This document shows, piece by piece, positions 48,183 to 58,782 of a stretch of DNA of 64,000 bases; positions within the stretch are counted from its first letter, which is position 1; every line of letters starts with the position of its first letter. A model generated the notes under the pieces. The model worked only from the letters and a program-made list of their open reading frames with translations. It was not told the origin of the DNA and made no database searches. The stretch is from Candidatus Eiseniibacteriota bacterium (GTDB lineage: Bacteria; Eisenbacteria; RBG-16-71-46). Both the position numbers and the translations under genes were made by a program. The stretch is taken from the NCBI GenBank assembly GCA_963717505.1, contig OY970342.1:3424001-3488000 (forward strand), read 5' to 3'.

Positions 48183-48471
48183 TCCAAAAACCTCCCAGTC
48201 GGTTCCAGGCGCCCGGTTGTTTTCAGTGACTAAGCGTAGGCGAGTGCCACGGAACCGCAACGAAAAACCGGCGGCGGGTCACACGGAGACATTGCAAGGT
48301 CGCGCGGAGTGCGCAACGCATGCGATCTGCACTAGAGACGACCAGGATCGACGTGCGAAAAGGATCGAGGCGGGAGGGTATCGGGTCCGGAACACACAGC
48401 GGAGAGGGGTTCCGCGTTCCGGTCACTGCAAGCGGGACCGGCAGGATGCCGTAGGGGGCGGAAAAAATCAA

Positions 48472-48520
48472 CCGCCGGCCGGAGGGTCCGTATTTCCCAT
48501 ACGGACCGCCGGCACGGCGG
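48472..48520 (-). terminator. hairpin, possible terminator downstream of the anti-sigma gene
   Basis: GGTCCGTAT/ATACGGACC core with GC-rich outer arms; TTGATTTTT follows on the minus strand. Confidence 0.4.
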
Positions 48521-48655
48521 GCGCGCGGCCCAACGATGTATTGCTACCTCAGTACTACCTCGCCTGGAGGCGATGGAGGTTGCCTCTCGCACGTTATGTC
48601 GCAAAACGCGGCAGGGCGTTTACAGATTTTCTGTGGTCCCGGTGGCCGCCGCCCC

Positions 48656-49564
48656 TCAGGGTCGGGGCCGACGGACCTGGAAACGGCCCTCGTAACCCAC
48701 AACCCCCGCGCCTCCCAGCATGATGCGGTGAGTGCCAGCCTCGAGGTCCTTGGCGGGAATAAGGAGAGCCAGGGCCTCCAGCTCATGGTCCCACGCCTCC
48801 ACCACTTCGATGGCGCCACTCCAGATGGTGCGGCCGTTGGACTCTCGAATCACCTCGACGTTCATCCGCCCGGACGGACTCGCCCCGGCAAAGGGACGAT
48901 GCTGGACGATTACCGGCTGCCAGAGCTGATCGGGGAGAATCGCCACGGACGGAACTCGGTCGACACCTCGGGTAGTGGCCGGCAAGTAGAGCAGCCGGAT
49001 GGCACCACCCCGGTCGGTGAGCTGTCGCTGCGCCAGCTCGCGGCTCAAGCGGGACTGCTCCGCCTTCAGCTCGCTCAATTGCCGGCCGGCCTCCTCGTGC
49101 GCGCGCAGCAGTTTGGGATGACGTGCCAAGCCCACGTACGCGGGGAAAGCCAGGATGATGAGTCCGGCTGCCAGAGCCGGCGCCAGCCAGGCAATCGCGC
49201 TTCCCGGAATCGAGATCGGGCCGGGGCCCGGCCGCCGCGTAGCAGCCTCCGCCCTGCGAGTCAGCAGGATTTCGTCGCTGCACGAGGCGCACTGCGCCAC
49301 GTGAGCCTCGATCTTCGACCGCTCCTCCGCGCTCAGCGCCGGATCCTCGAGGGCAAAGCTGACGATGTCCCGCGAGGTGGGGTGGGCCTCGAAAACGTTC
49401 GCCCCGCCCCGGGCCACGGCTGCCCGCACTTCATGCATTGCGGTCACCGCCTGGCGACACTCGGCACAGGTGCCGACGTGGGACCAGGCCTCGGTGGCCT
49501 GAGGCTCCGGGACCAGGTTCGAGAGCAGATCGGACAGCAATGGGACGACGTCTCGATGGGTCAT
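48656..49564 (-). CDS. zinc-binding (zf-HC2) membrane anti-sigma factor
   Basis: Two HxxxCxxC motifs (HVGTCAEC, HVAQCASC), TM helix, coiled coil, extracytoplasmic domain. Confidence 0.78.
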   Translation of the reverse strand: MTHRDVVPLLSDLLSNLVPEPQATEAWSHVGTCAECRQAVTAMHEVRAAVARGGANVFEAHPTSRDIVSFALEDPALSAEERSKIEAHVAQCASCSDEILLTRRAEAATRRPGPGPISIPGSAIAWLAPALAAGLIILAFPAYVGLARHPKLLRAHEEAGRQLSELKAEQSRLSRELAQRQLTDRGGAIRLLYLPATTRGVDRVPSVAILPDQLWQPVIVQHRPFAGASPSGRMNVEVIRESNGRTIWSGAIEVVEAWDHELEALALLIPAKDLEAGTHRIMLGGAGVVGYEGRFQVRRPRP

Positions 49565-49777
49565 CGGCCTAACCCCCGGGTCTCATGTGCGTTCCCATTC
49601 CCCTGCTTTCGTCGCAGATAACCCGGATTCGTTGCGAGGCTAATCATCCCCTGGACAATCCCAGCCCTCGGCGCATACCGTCTAGGGCGTTCAGAGCGGC
49701 TGGACGCCCCTCCCGGCGCCCGAACCCGGAAGGCCCCGGATGGGTCGGATTTCGGCACTTACGTCGAGCCGCGGCGA

Positions 49778-50350
49778 ATGACAGAAGACCGGGAGAGTCA
49801 AACCAGGGGCGACCAGGACCTGCTCCAGCGATTCATCGCTGGGGAGGCGGTCGCGTGTCGAAGGGTCGTGGACTGGGCACGCGAGATCGTGCGCTTCCGG
49901 CCTTACGGTATCCCACGACATGAGCACGAGGACATCGTCCAGGAGGCCGTCGGCATGGTCTGGCGGGCCTGCTCCAAGCCGGACTTCGTACTGCGGACGG
50001 GACTTCGGGCCCTGACCCGCCGCGTCGTCCTGGCGCGATGCGTCGACCAGCTTCGCCGCATGCGTCCCTCGGTGCCGATCGAGCCCAGCTTGGCCGACAC
50101 CCGGCCCGACCCCGAGCAGCAGCTGGCCCGACGCCAGCAATGGGCGCACGTCCAGCACGCGCTTCGCCAACTGGATGAGAGCTGTCGCGAGATCATCCGC
50201 CTCCATTTCCTCGACGAGGTCCCGTACTCCGAGCTGGCAGGACGACTCGGGCTCGCGACCCCGACGGTGCGCGTGCGCATGTTCCACTGCATGAAGGAAG
50301 TCCGCCGGTTGCTCGACGTCGAGCGCCAGGGGCCGCCTCACGGTCCCTGA
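49778..50350 (+). CDS. ECF RNA polymerase sigma factor
   Basis: EDIVQEA (region 2), CVDQLRR, CREIIRL..YSELAGRLGL..TVRVRMFHC (region 4). Confidence 0.88.
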   Translation: MTEDRESQTRGDQDLLQRFIAGEAVACRRVVDWAREIVRFRPYGIPRHEHEDIVQEAVGMVWRACSKPDFVLRTGLRALTRRVVLARCVDQLRRMRPSVPIEPSLADTRPDPEQQLARRQQWAHVQHALRQLDESCREIIRLHFLDEVPYSELAGRLGLATPTVRVRMFHCMKEVRRLLDVERQGPPHGP

Positions 50351-50352
50351 GC

Positions 50353-53300
50353 ATGCGGGTGGCGCGCATCACGGTCCCGGCTTCGCTCGTGGCTCTCCTC
50401 GCGTTTGCAGGCGCGCCGATCGTCGCCGGCGCTCCTGATGCCCACGAAGCGGACTCGATCCGTGCGCTGATCACTGCCCGGCGCTTCGGGCCGGCCGAGA
50501 GTCGTGCGCGCGATCTGGCCCGCGACCTGGAACGCACCACGCCCCGTGGACTCGATCTGGCTCGGCGAGGCGCTGAACCTGCAGGCCGAGGCCATGTGGC
50601 GCGGTGGACGGGTGAACGTTGCCGAGGCCGAGTCGGTGGCCGCTCGCGCGGTGGCGGTGCGCGAACGAGTTCTGGGCAGCGACCATCTCGACTACGCGAC
50701 CAGCCTGCACAACCAGAGCAATCTGTTGCGAATCGGCGGCCGGCTGGACCAGCTCGACGAACGCTATCGTCGGGTCCTTGCGATCCGCCTCGCGCAGCTC
50801 GGTCCCGAGCACCCCGATGTGGCGCGAACGCTCAACGACTACGGCAACCTGCTGAACCTGACCGGGGACTACTCCGGAGCCGAGTCGCTGTACGTTCGCG
50901 CCTGCGCGACCTACGAACGGCTGATCGAGACCCAACGTCGCAATGTCGGGGCATGCCTCAACAACCTCGCCCAGCTCGCACTGGCCAAGGGCGACTACGC
51001 GCGGGCTCGGGCACTTCAGGAACGATCGCTCGAGGAGTTCACCGCAGCGCTCGGTCCCGACCACGCCAATGTCGCCGTGGCCTGCGTGAACCTGGCCCGG
51101 ACACTATCGATCCTCGGCGAGCGCGACGAGGCACTCCGGCTGCTCGAGCGCGCTTTCGATATCCACGTGAAGACGCTTGGACCCGAACACGCCGATGTCG
51201 CCTGGAACCTGCGCGAGCTGGGGAGCCTCCAGACGCGGTCCGGCAACCTGCCGGAGGCCCGACGGTCGCTCGAGCGCGCAATCGAGATTCACGAGAAGAG
51301 CCGGGGTGAACGCCATACGGAAACCGCCCTGGATCTCTCGGCGCTCGCCGACGTCGCCGAAGCGACCGGGCGCGATTCCGAAGCGGTGGCGCTTCACGAA
51401 CGGGCGCTGGCGATCAACCGACAGGTCCTCGGCCCACAGCATCCTCGCGTCGCACTGGAACTCATGGGACTCGGCCGGCTCGCCACCCGGCGCGGCGACT
51501 TCGAGGATGCCCGCCGTGAGTTCGAGCAATCGCTCGCGATCCGCCGGAGTTCGCTGGGCGCCGACCACCCGCTGGTCGCCGAGGCCGAGCGCGCACTCGC
51601 GAACGTGGTTTGGGCGATGGGGGACACGGCGGCGGCGTTCGAAATGGCGTTGTCCGCCGAAGCGATCGCGCGCGAGCACGTGCGCCTGCTGCAGCAGTCC
51701 CTGCCCGAGCGTCTGGCGCTCTCGTTCGCGGGAAGGCGCATCACCGGATTGGACCTGGCGGTGTCCATCTACCTTGCGGGCCCGAGCGAAGCCCGTGCGG
51801 TGCGGCTCGCGGATGCCATCGTACGCTCGCGAGCGATCGTGCTCGACGAAATGGTCCTGCGCGCTCGGCTCATGGCGGAGATGAACGAGCCCGGCCTCGA
51901 CACGCTCGCTCGTCGGTTGTCGGCAGCGCGCGAGCGGCTTTCGAACCTGTCGGTGCGCATGCCGGAGCGCGAGCAGGTCGGGCGCTACCGAACGCTGGTC
52001 GACGCGGCGCGCGCCGACCGCGAGCGGGCCGAACGCGCCTTCGCCGAGGCCAGCCTCGCTTTTCGCGGGCGAGAGCGGCAGCGCACCGCGGGGTTCGAGG
52101 AAGTTCGTTCGGCGTTGACCGCCGGGTCGACGCTGGTGGGCTATTGGGTGGTGCGGCGCACGACGCCGGGCGCGGCGGATGCGCGAGGGGGGGGAGGGAT
52201 TTCGGAGCCACCCGGCAAGACCCTCTACATCGCGTGCGTGATCCGTTCCGGCGATGTCGCGCCGATCATCGTTCCGCTCGCCGCGGCCCCGAGTGTGGAC
52301 TCGCTCGCGAGTCTCGCAGCGAGCCAGCTGGCCGCCGGCTCGACGCTTCCGGTGTGGAGACTGGTCGAAGCGGAGGGTGAATACCGCTTGGCCGGCGCGG
52401 CGTTGCGGCGCGCGGTTTGGGACCCGCTCGAGCCCCACCTCGGGACCGGGGAGCGGGTGCTCATCGTTCCCGATGGCGGGCTCAGCCGGGTCGACTTCGT
52501 AGCGCTCCCGGATTCGACCGGGTACCTGGTAGAGGGGGCCCGACTGTTCCACTACCTATCGTCGGAGCGAGCGCTAGCGTCCATGCCGGCAAGCGACCTC
52601 GCGGGCCGCGGGCTGCTGGTGGTCGGCGATCCCGACTTCGGCGCGCAACCCGGTTCGAACTCCGGCGAGGAGCCCGACTCGAAGCCGACCCTGCGAGGCG
52701 CAGGGTTCGCTCGCGGAACTCCTACGTGCATCGATCGGTTGCCTGTGTTCGCGCCGCTGCCGCGGGCGCGGCGTGAAGCGAGGGTGATCGAAGGCTACTG
52801 GGAACGCCTGGCGCGACACCCGGACGCAACCCACGGCGGGACTTCGGCCGGCGACACGGCGATCGTGCTCACCGGACGCCTGGCGACCGAAGATGCGTTT
52901 CGGCGCCTGGCCCCTGGACGCCGTGTGCTGCACCTGGCCACACACGGTTTCGTCCTCGAAGATCGGTGCGCGGACGACTCGGAAGCGGGGAACGCGCGCC
53001 CGCCCGCACACCCGGCGACCCTGGGAGGGCTGGCGCTCACCGACGCCAACCGAAGGTCGGGTCCGCCGACCCGTCACGACGGCGTCCTGACCGCGGAGGA
53101 AATCGCGGGCCTCGACCTCGGCGGCGTCGAGTGGACGGTGCTGTCGGCATGCAACACGGGCGTCGGGGAGGTGCGTTACGGAGAGGGCGTTTTCGGCCTG
53201 CGCCGCGCATTCGAAGTCGCCGGCTGCCACACCCTGGTCATGAGTCTCTGGCCGGTTTCGGATGAAGCCGCGGGGGAGTGGATGGAGCGGCTCTACGAGG

Positions 53301-53440
53301 CGCGCTTTTCGCGTCACCTCGACACGGCGAGCGCGTTGCGTGCCGCAGGACGTGGGGTGCTCGAACGACGGCGCTCGCGCCGCGAAAGCACCCATCCCTG
53401 GTGCTGGGCGGGGTTCATCGCGGCGGGCGACTGGCGTTGA
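50353..53440 (+). CDS. exported TPR-CHAT (caspase-like) protease; +1 frameshift near 50542-50545
   Basis: Signal peptide in the 50353 frame joins the TPR frame if one C is removed from GCCCCGTG; LGPEHPDVA TPRs; catalytic HLATHG and LSACNT. Confidence 0.85.
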
Positions 53441-53482
53441 GGCGAGCTTGCGCCCCGACACGCGAACCCCGAGGATCCCGGC

Positions 53483-55018
53483 GTGACGCTCGATTCCTCG
53501 CGTGACAACGCGCTCCACATCGAATCCACCGAGTTCCGGCGCATCGGCCACCGACTGGTCGACGAGATCGCCGACCTGCTCGCCCAGTTGCCGAACCGGC
53601 AGGTCACTGCGGTGGAGTCTCCCGAAGCCGTACGGGCCGCGATCGATTCCGAGGCGCCACTCCCCGAATCCGGATCCGATCCCGCGGCGCTGATCGAACG
53701 CGCCGTGCGCCTGGTGCGCGAGCACTCGTTGTTCAACGGCCATCCGAAGTTCTTCGGCTACATCACCGCATCGCCGACGCCGATCGGCATTCTCGGCGAT
53801 TTCCTGGCCGCGGCCGCCAACCCCAACGTCGGCGGCTGGATGATCGGCCCGCTCGCGACCGAGATCGAAGCGCAGACGGTGCGTTGGATCGCCGAGCTGA
53901 TCGGCTACCCACGCTCGTGCGGCGGGCTCCTGGTCAGCGGCGGCAACATGGCCAACTTCACCTGCTTCTGGGCGGCGCGTGTGGCCCAGGTCGGCAACGA
54001 GGTGCGTTCGAAAGGGCTCGGCGGCGTCCAGGGCCACCGCCTGCGGGTCTACACCTCCGCGGAGACCCATACCTGGTTGCAGAAGGCGATGGATCTCTCG
54101 GGCCTGGGCACCGACGCGGCACGCTGGATTGCCACCGACTCGCAGCAGCGAATGGAGGTCGCGGCGTTGCGCGCGGCGATCGACGCCGATCGCCGCGCGG
54201 GACTCCAGCCGTTCCTGGTGATCGGCACCGGCGGCTCGGTGAGCACGGGCGCGATCGACCCATTGCCCCAGATCGCGGAGGTGTGCCGCGAGCATGGACT
54301 CTGGTTCCACGTCGACGGCGCCTACGGGGGTTTCGCCGCGTGCCTGCCGGACGGAACGGAGGACCTGCGCGCCCTGGCGCTCGCGGACTCGGTCGCGGTG
54401 GATCCTCACAAATGGTTGTACGCCCCGATCGAGGCCGGCTGTGCTCTGGTGCGCGATCCCGATCACTTGCGGGCGGCGTTCTCGTACCATCCGGCCTACT
54501 ACCATTTCGGGGTCGAAGCCACGAACTACGTCGACTTCGGCCCGCAGAACACGCGCGGATTCCGCGCTCTCAAGGTCTGGCTCGCGCTGCAGCACGCGGG
54601 TCGCGTCGGCTACCAGCGGTCGATTGCCGAGGACATTCGTCTGGCGGCGCGACTCCACGCCGCGGTCGGACGCAATCCCGAGCTCGAGGCAGCGACCTTG
54701 GGCCTGAGCATCGCGACGTTCCGGTTCGTTCCGGGCGACCTGCGCACGCGCGCCGGCGAGCCGGCGGTCGCCGAGTACCTCGACGGTCTCAATCGGGAAG
54801 TGGTCGATCGAATCCAGAAGGGCGGCGCATTGTTCGTGTCCAACGCGGTGGTCGGCGGCCGGTACCTGCTGCGGGCTTGCGTGGTCAACATGAACACGAC
54901 CGCGGCGGACATCGACGCGGTGCCCGAGATCGTGGCCCGCGCCGGACGCGCCACCGACGCCGAACTACGGCCGAAGGCACTGGGAGGATCAAAGGATCCG
55001 GTGTCCGCCCGGTCCTGA
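53483..55018 (+). CDS. PLP-dependent group II (aromatic L-amino acid/glutamate) decarboxylase
   Basis: HPKFFGYI, SGGNMAN, HVDGAYG, DPHKW. Confidence 0.9.
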   Translation: MTLDSSRDNALHIESTEFRRIGHRLVDEIADLLAQLPNRQVTAVESPEAVRAAIDSEAPLPESGSDPAALIERAVRLVREHSLFNGHPKFFGYITASPTPIGILGDFLAAAANPNVGGWMIGPLATEIEAQTVRWIAELIGYPRSCGGLLVSGGNMANFTCFWAARVAQVGNEVRSKGLGGVQGHRLRVYTSAETHTWLQKAMDLSGLGTDAARWIATDSQQRMEVAALRAAIDADRRAGLQPFLVIGTGGSVSTGAIDPLPQIAEVCREHGLWFHVDGAYGGFAACLPDGTEDLRALALADSVAVDPHKWLYAPIEAGCALVRDPDHLRAAFSYHPAYYHFGVEATNYVDFGPQNTRGFRALKVWLALQHAGRVGYQRSIAEDIRLAARLHAAVGRNPELEAATLGLSIATFRFVPGDLRTRAGEPAVAEYLDGLNREVVDRIQKGGALFVSNAVVGGRYLLRACVVNMNTTAADIDAVPEIVARAGRATDAELRPKALGGSKDPVSARS

Positions 55019-55028
55019 GCGCAGCGCG

Positions 55029-56321
55029 CTAGCGCTCGACGGCCTCCAAGGACTGGGTCAGGTACTCCGTTCGTCGGGTTCGATTCAACGCGCGGGCACT
55101 TTCGCCGGCGCCGACGACGTTGCCCACGTAGAACGGCAACGCGATGCCACCGACCACGAACGCTGCGGGCACGTAGCCGTCGCCCGCCAGTGCGACCACC
55201 GTCCAGATGAGCGCCCCATTGACGAGCAGGGTTCGCACGCCGTCCCGGGTTCGTCCGGCGTAGACCTGGCCGGAACCCGGAACCACGGCTGAGAGACCGG
55301 AGGCCAGGCCGGGTCGGGCGCGCGGCACATCCGGTCCATGCGCGGCGGCGGCGGCGAGTGATTCGAAGCGGCGGGCCAGCGACAGGTCGGGTGTAACTTG
55401 CACCGCTCGCTCGAAGTTCGATTGGGCTTCGTCCCACCGGCCACGCCGCATCCGGCACAAACCCACGAGGCCCAACGAGCGCGCTTCGTCAGCCGAATCC
55501 AGCGCGGCCGGCGGATCCGGGTCCGTGCTGGCCACGAGTCCCGGAACCGGACCGAATTCATCCAAAATCCCGGCGGCGCCGTCCGGATCCCCGGCGTTGA
55601 AACGGCACACCGCCGCGCGATGGATGTCATCGCCGCGATCCTGGGAATCGAGCATGGCCGCCGCCAGGTAACGCTCCTCGGCTTCGACCCAAAACGATGA
55701 CTCGAACCAGCAACGACCCGAGGCGCGGTGCGCGCACACCAGAGCCGACGGTGTGCCGTCCAGGAACGCGGCGCGAAGGAACTCAGTCTCGGCTCGGCGA
55801 CAGTCGCCGGCCGCCGCCAGCGTCACACCGAAGGCAAACGTTTCGCCAGGTCTCGAGCGATCTCCGTCCTCGGAGTCCTGTGCCGCCAGGCACGCGGTAG
55901 CCCGCGTTCTCTCGGCAGGGAGGAGCCAGGTCGGAGCCCGGATCGCAGTCGGGTCCGGAGTCTCGCCGCGCGCCGGGTCGAGCAGGCGCCCATCGGCGGC
56001 GCGCGCGTAGTGGCTCGACGCCGATGCATTGCAGCGCATCAGTCGATCGGCCGAGCGCGAAACTCCCGCCAGCAGTCCGTGAGCCGCGATCGCGTCGAGC
56101 GCGTACTGCGAGCAGCTCGGCTCGAAGCGGCAGCGCACGTGACGGACGGCCGAAAGGTAGCGCTGGTAGAACCGGATGGACGAGGACACGGCATCCGAGG
56201 CCGGACCGGAGCGGACAGTATCGGCTTCCGCGGCCGCACGTGCCGATCCAACGAGACCCGGCCCGGCAGCCAGGAGCGCCAACAGGGCGAGGCCGCGAAG
56301 GTCAGAACCAGTCGTGCGCAT
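55029..56321 (-). CDS. YidD-like domain fused to TPR repeats and a C-terminal membrane hairpin
   Basis: IRFYQRYLS..CRFEPSCSQYA..HG..DRLMRCN; TPR helices; SAVVPGSGQVYAG. Confidence 0.75.
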   Translation of the reverse strand: MRTTGSDLRGLALLALLAAGPGLVGSARAAAEADTVRSGPASDAVSSSIRFYQRYLSAVRHVRCRFEPSCSQYALDAIAAHGLLAGVSRSADRLMRCNASASSHYARAADGRLLDPARGETPDPTAIRAPTWLLPAERTRATACLAAQDSEDGDRSRPGETFAFGVTLAAAGDCRRAETEFLRAAFLDGTPSALVCAHRASGRCWFESSFWVEAEERYLAAAMLDSQDRGDDIHRAAVCRFNAGDPDGAAGILDEFGPVPGLVASTDPDPPAALDSADEARSLGLVGLCRMRRGRWDEAQSNFERAVQVTPDLSLARRFESLAAAAAHGPDVPRARPGLASGLSAVVPGSGQVYAGRTRDGVRTLLVNGALIWTVVALAGDGYVPAAFVVGGIALPFYVGNVVGAGESARALNRTRRTEYLTQSLEAVER

Positions 56322-57519
56322 AGACGAACCCGATCTCGACGCCCACCGGCGTCTTGTCGCCGATCCAGTCGAACGTGAGTGACTTCTCCTGCTTCGAGGC
56401 CCAGGCGATCGCGAAGGTTCGCACGAGAACACCGCAGTAGTCGTTGCCACCGCGGCCGCCCGTCCACCACAACAGTCCGGTGACCAGCTCGCCACCGAAC
56501 CGCAGTCGCGAGAGCGACTCGGTGCGTGATCCCGAGCCGATGACGACCGGACCGGGTAGCTGCCAGACTTCGTAGTTGATATTCGCCGATTCATAGACCC
56601 AGTAGCCGCCGGGCCCGAGCCCCCAGAACCACTGGGACTTGCCAATCGGAACGAAGTCCCCGATCCGAAGGCCAAAGTCGGTGACGTGGACCGAGGACGA
56701 CTGCGGGGAGTCGAGGCCCTGCGAGGTCCGGTAGTCGAATTTCGGATCGCCACTCGCCGTGCCGTAGCCCGCGACGGCCCCGATCGAGAATCCGGGCGCG
56801 ACCCGCCAGTTTCCGGAGAGCCCGACGCGGAAGAGCGGGTTCGTGTACTCCTCGCGAACTTCCTGAGGTCCCACCAGGTACGCGGGACCGACGTTGACCA
56901 GCAACACGGACTGCGGGCGTGTACCCGGCTTGCGATCCGCGGGCCATTTCGGCGGCGGCGGTGGCGGTCCCGGCGGACGTGCAATCGCGTAAGCCGGAAC
57001 CCAACCGGAGCCGATCGCGCCGTCCTCCAGCGCCACCAGCAGCCACTCGCCGCCCACCAGGCTGTGGGTTTCGAGCACCCGGATTCGCGCGTTGGCCGGC
57101 AGCTCGCCCGCCCACTCCCAACCCTCCGCTTCTCCGCCGGGACCACTCCACAGAGTGATCGTTCCCGCGGGCGCGGTGCTCGGAACGACCGCGGCGTCGC
57201 CAACCCGCCAGCCTGGGGGCGCGGAGGTGACGGCCGCCGGATCCGCAACCGGCGTCGCCACCGCATCCATCGCACTGAAGAAGCCGAAAAAGCAGTCCAG
57301 AAAGCAGTCGCCGCTGTCCTCGTCGTCATCGTCCGTCGATGTCGACTGCGGCGAACCGCCTTTGGTCTTCGTATCCTCCTTGGGTTTCGCCTTGGGGACG
57401 CGCTCTTTCTTCTCGGTGGCAAGCCATGCACCCTGAGGCGCTCGGCGGGGGGGTGGCGGCGCGGCGTGCAAATCGAGCACAGTCGCCTGAGTGACGATGA
57501 GCGCTGCGATCGATGTCAT
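56302..57519 (-). CDS. hypothetical protein: SH3-like domain plus C-terminal beta-barrel (start uncertain)
   Basis: Hydrophobic N-terminus; WLLV..GWV SH3b-like segment; Pro linker; aromatic strands ending in WF. Confidence 0.6.
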   Translation of the reverse strand: MTSIAALIVTQATVLDLHAAPPPPRRAPQGAWLATEKKERVPKAKPKEDTKTKGGSPQSTSTDDDDEDSGDCFLDCFFGFFSAMDAVATPVADPAAVTSAPPGWRVGDAAVVPSTAPAGTITLWSGPGGEAEGWEWAGELPANARIRVLETHSLVGGEWLLVALEDGAIGSGWVPAYAIARPPGPPPPPPKWPADRKPGTRPQSVLLVNVGPAYLVGPQEVREEYTNPLFRVGLSGNWRVAPGFSIGAVAGYGTASGDPKFDYRTSQGLDSPQSSSVHVTDFGLRIGDFVPIGKSQWFWGLGPGGYWVYESANINYEVWQLPGPVVIGSGSRTESLSRLRFGGELVTGLLWWTGGRGGNDYCGVLVRTFAIAWASKQEKSLTFDWIGDKTPVGVEIGFVYAHDWF

Positions 57520-57800
57520 CAGGAACGTGGTCTTGCGCGGGACGGCCCGCCCGGGAACGAGCGGGCGTGAATTCGCCGCGGGTACAACCGGAACCGTGGT
57601 GGTCAAGGCGGCCTCGATGCGGCTCGACCACGCCCGGGCAAAAGCGCGCAATCGAATGGATGGAGAGCGACAAGAGCTATAGAGCCGGCGCGTCGGTTCG
57701 TCAATCCGGAACCCGAGGCGCCCCCTGTGACTCCGGCCGGGGAACGGGGTATCGTCGGTCGCTCAATCCGACCGCCACCTACTCGAAGGAACACGCCTGC

Positions 57801-58775
57801 ATGGACCCCGTCACCTGGCAGAACGAGATTGCCGCCCGCATCGAGGTCCTCGCCGACCTCGAACCCGACGTCGACGAGCTGATGCGCGACCACGAGTCCA
57901 AACGCGAGCTGTGGTGGCCGAGCGACCTCATGGCGGACCCGGAGGAGGAGAACTCGCTGGACGGACTCGCGAAACTCCGCGAAATGGCCCGCGGCCTGAC
58001 CGATCCGTGCCGCATCGCGCTCGCCCTCAACCTGATCACCGAGGAGGGCCTGCCGCATTTCCACCGGCTGCTCGCAGTCCACTTCGGCGACGAGACGTTC
58101 TGGCGGCGCTGGATGAACCTGTGGACCGCCGAGGAGGACCGGCACGGCGCGGTGCTGCGCGACTACTGCCGCGACGCGAAGGTCATGCACTCGCCGACGT
58201 TCGACCGGATCCAGTTCTCGTACCTGCGAAGCGGATTTCACCCATCGTGGGATCGTGATCCCTACCGTGTGTTCGTCTACACCACGCTTCAGGAGCGAGC
58301 GACCCAGACGTCGCACATGAACACCGGCACCCTCTGCGGGCAGTACGAGCCGCGCATCGGCTACATCCTGTCGCGGATCGGCGGCGACGAGGCGCGCCAC
58401 TACGCGTTCTATCGGAACGTGTTCGCCAAAGTCCTCGAGCGTGACCCCGACCGCGCTCTGGACTCCGCAGCGCACGTGATGCCGAGCATCGAGATGCCGG
58501 GAGCCAGCATGCCGGGCTTCCGTGAGTTCGCCGACGTGGTGCGCCGCGCCGGCATCTATGGGCCGCGCGACTACATGAAGATCGTTCAGGACCAGATCAA
58601 GTTCTGGCAGGTCGAGACGATGACCGGACTCAAGGAGCAGGGTCGCAAGGCGCAGGAGAAGATCCTCGGCATTCCGAGTCGATTGGAGAAAGTCGCCGAG
58701 TACATCGAAAGCCGAAGCAGCGCCAAGACCTTCTCGTTCGACCTGATCTTCCAGCGTACGTTCGCCATGGAGTGA
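57801..58775 (+). CDS. soluble acyl-ACP desaturase (DesA-like diiron)
   Basis: TEEGLP, WTAEEDRH, QERAT, DEARH, IEMPG. Confidence 0.88.
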   Translation: MDPVTWQNEIAARIEVLADLEPDVDELMRDHESKRELWWPSDLMADPEEENSLDGLAKLREMARGLTDPCRIALALNLITEEGLPHFHRLLAVHFGDETFWRRWMNLWTAEEDRHGAVLRDYCRDAKVMHSPTFDRIQFSYLRSGFHPSWDRDPYRVFVYTTLQERATQTSHMNTGTLCGQYEPRIGYILSRIGGDEARHYAFYRNVFAKVLERDPDRALDSAAHVMPSIEMPGASMPGFREFADVVRRAGIYGPRDYMKIVQDQIKFWQVETMTGLKEQGRKAQEKILGIPSRLEKVAEYIESRSSAKTFSFDLIFQRTFAME

Positions 58776-58782
58776 GGTCCGG

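Noticed and set aside
48233-48249. TGGCAC on the minus strand upstream of the LamG gene
   Set aside because: GG-GC spacing is 11, so it is not a valid -24/-12 promoter
53483-55018. Decarboxylase as part of the CHAT/ECF module
   Set aside because: Only adjacency supports it; no functional link is evident
55029-57431. 800-aa single ORF call
   Set aside because: Its N-terminal half is an off-frame overlap of the 56302-57519 gene; the likely start is 56321
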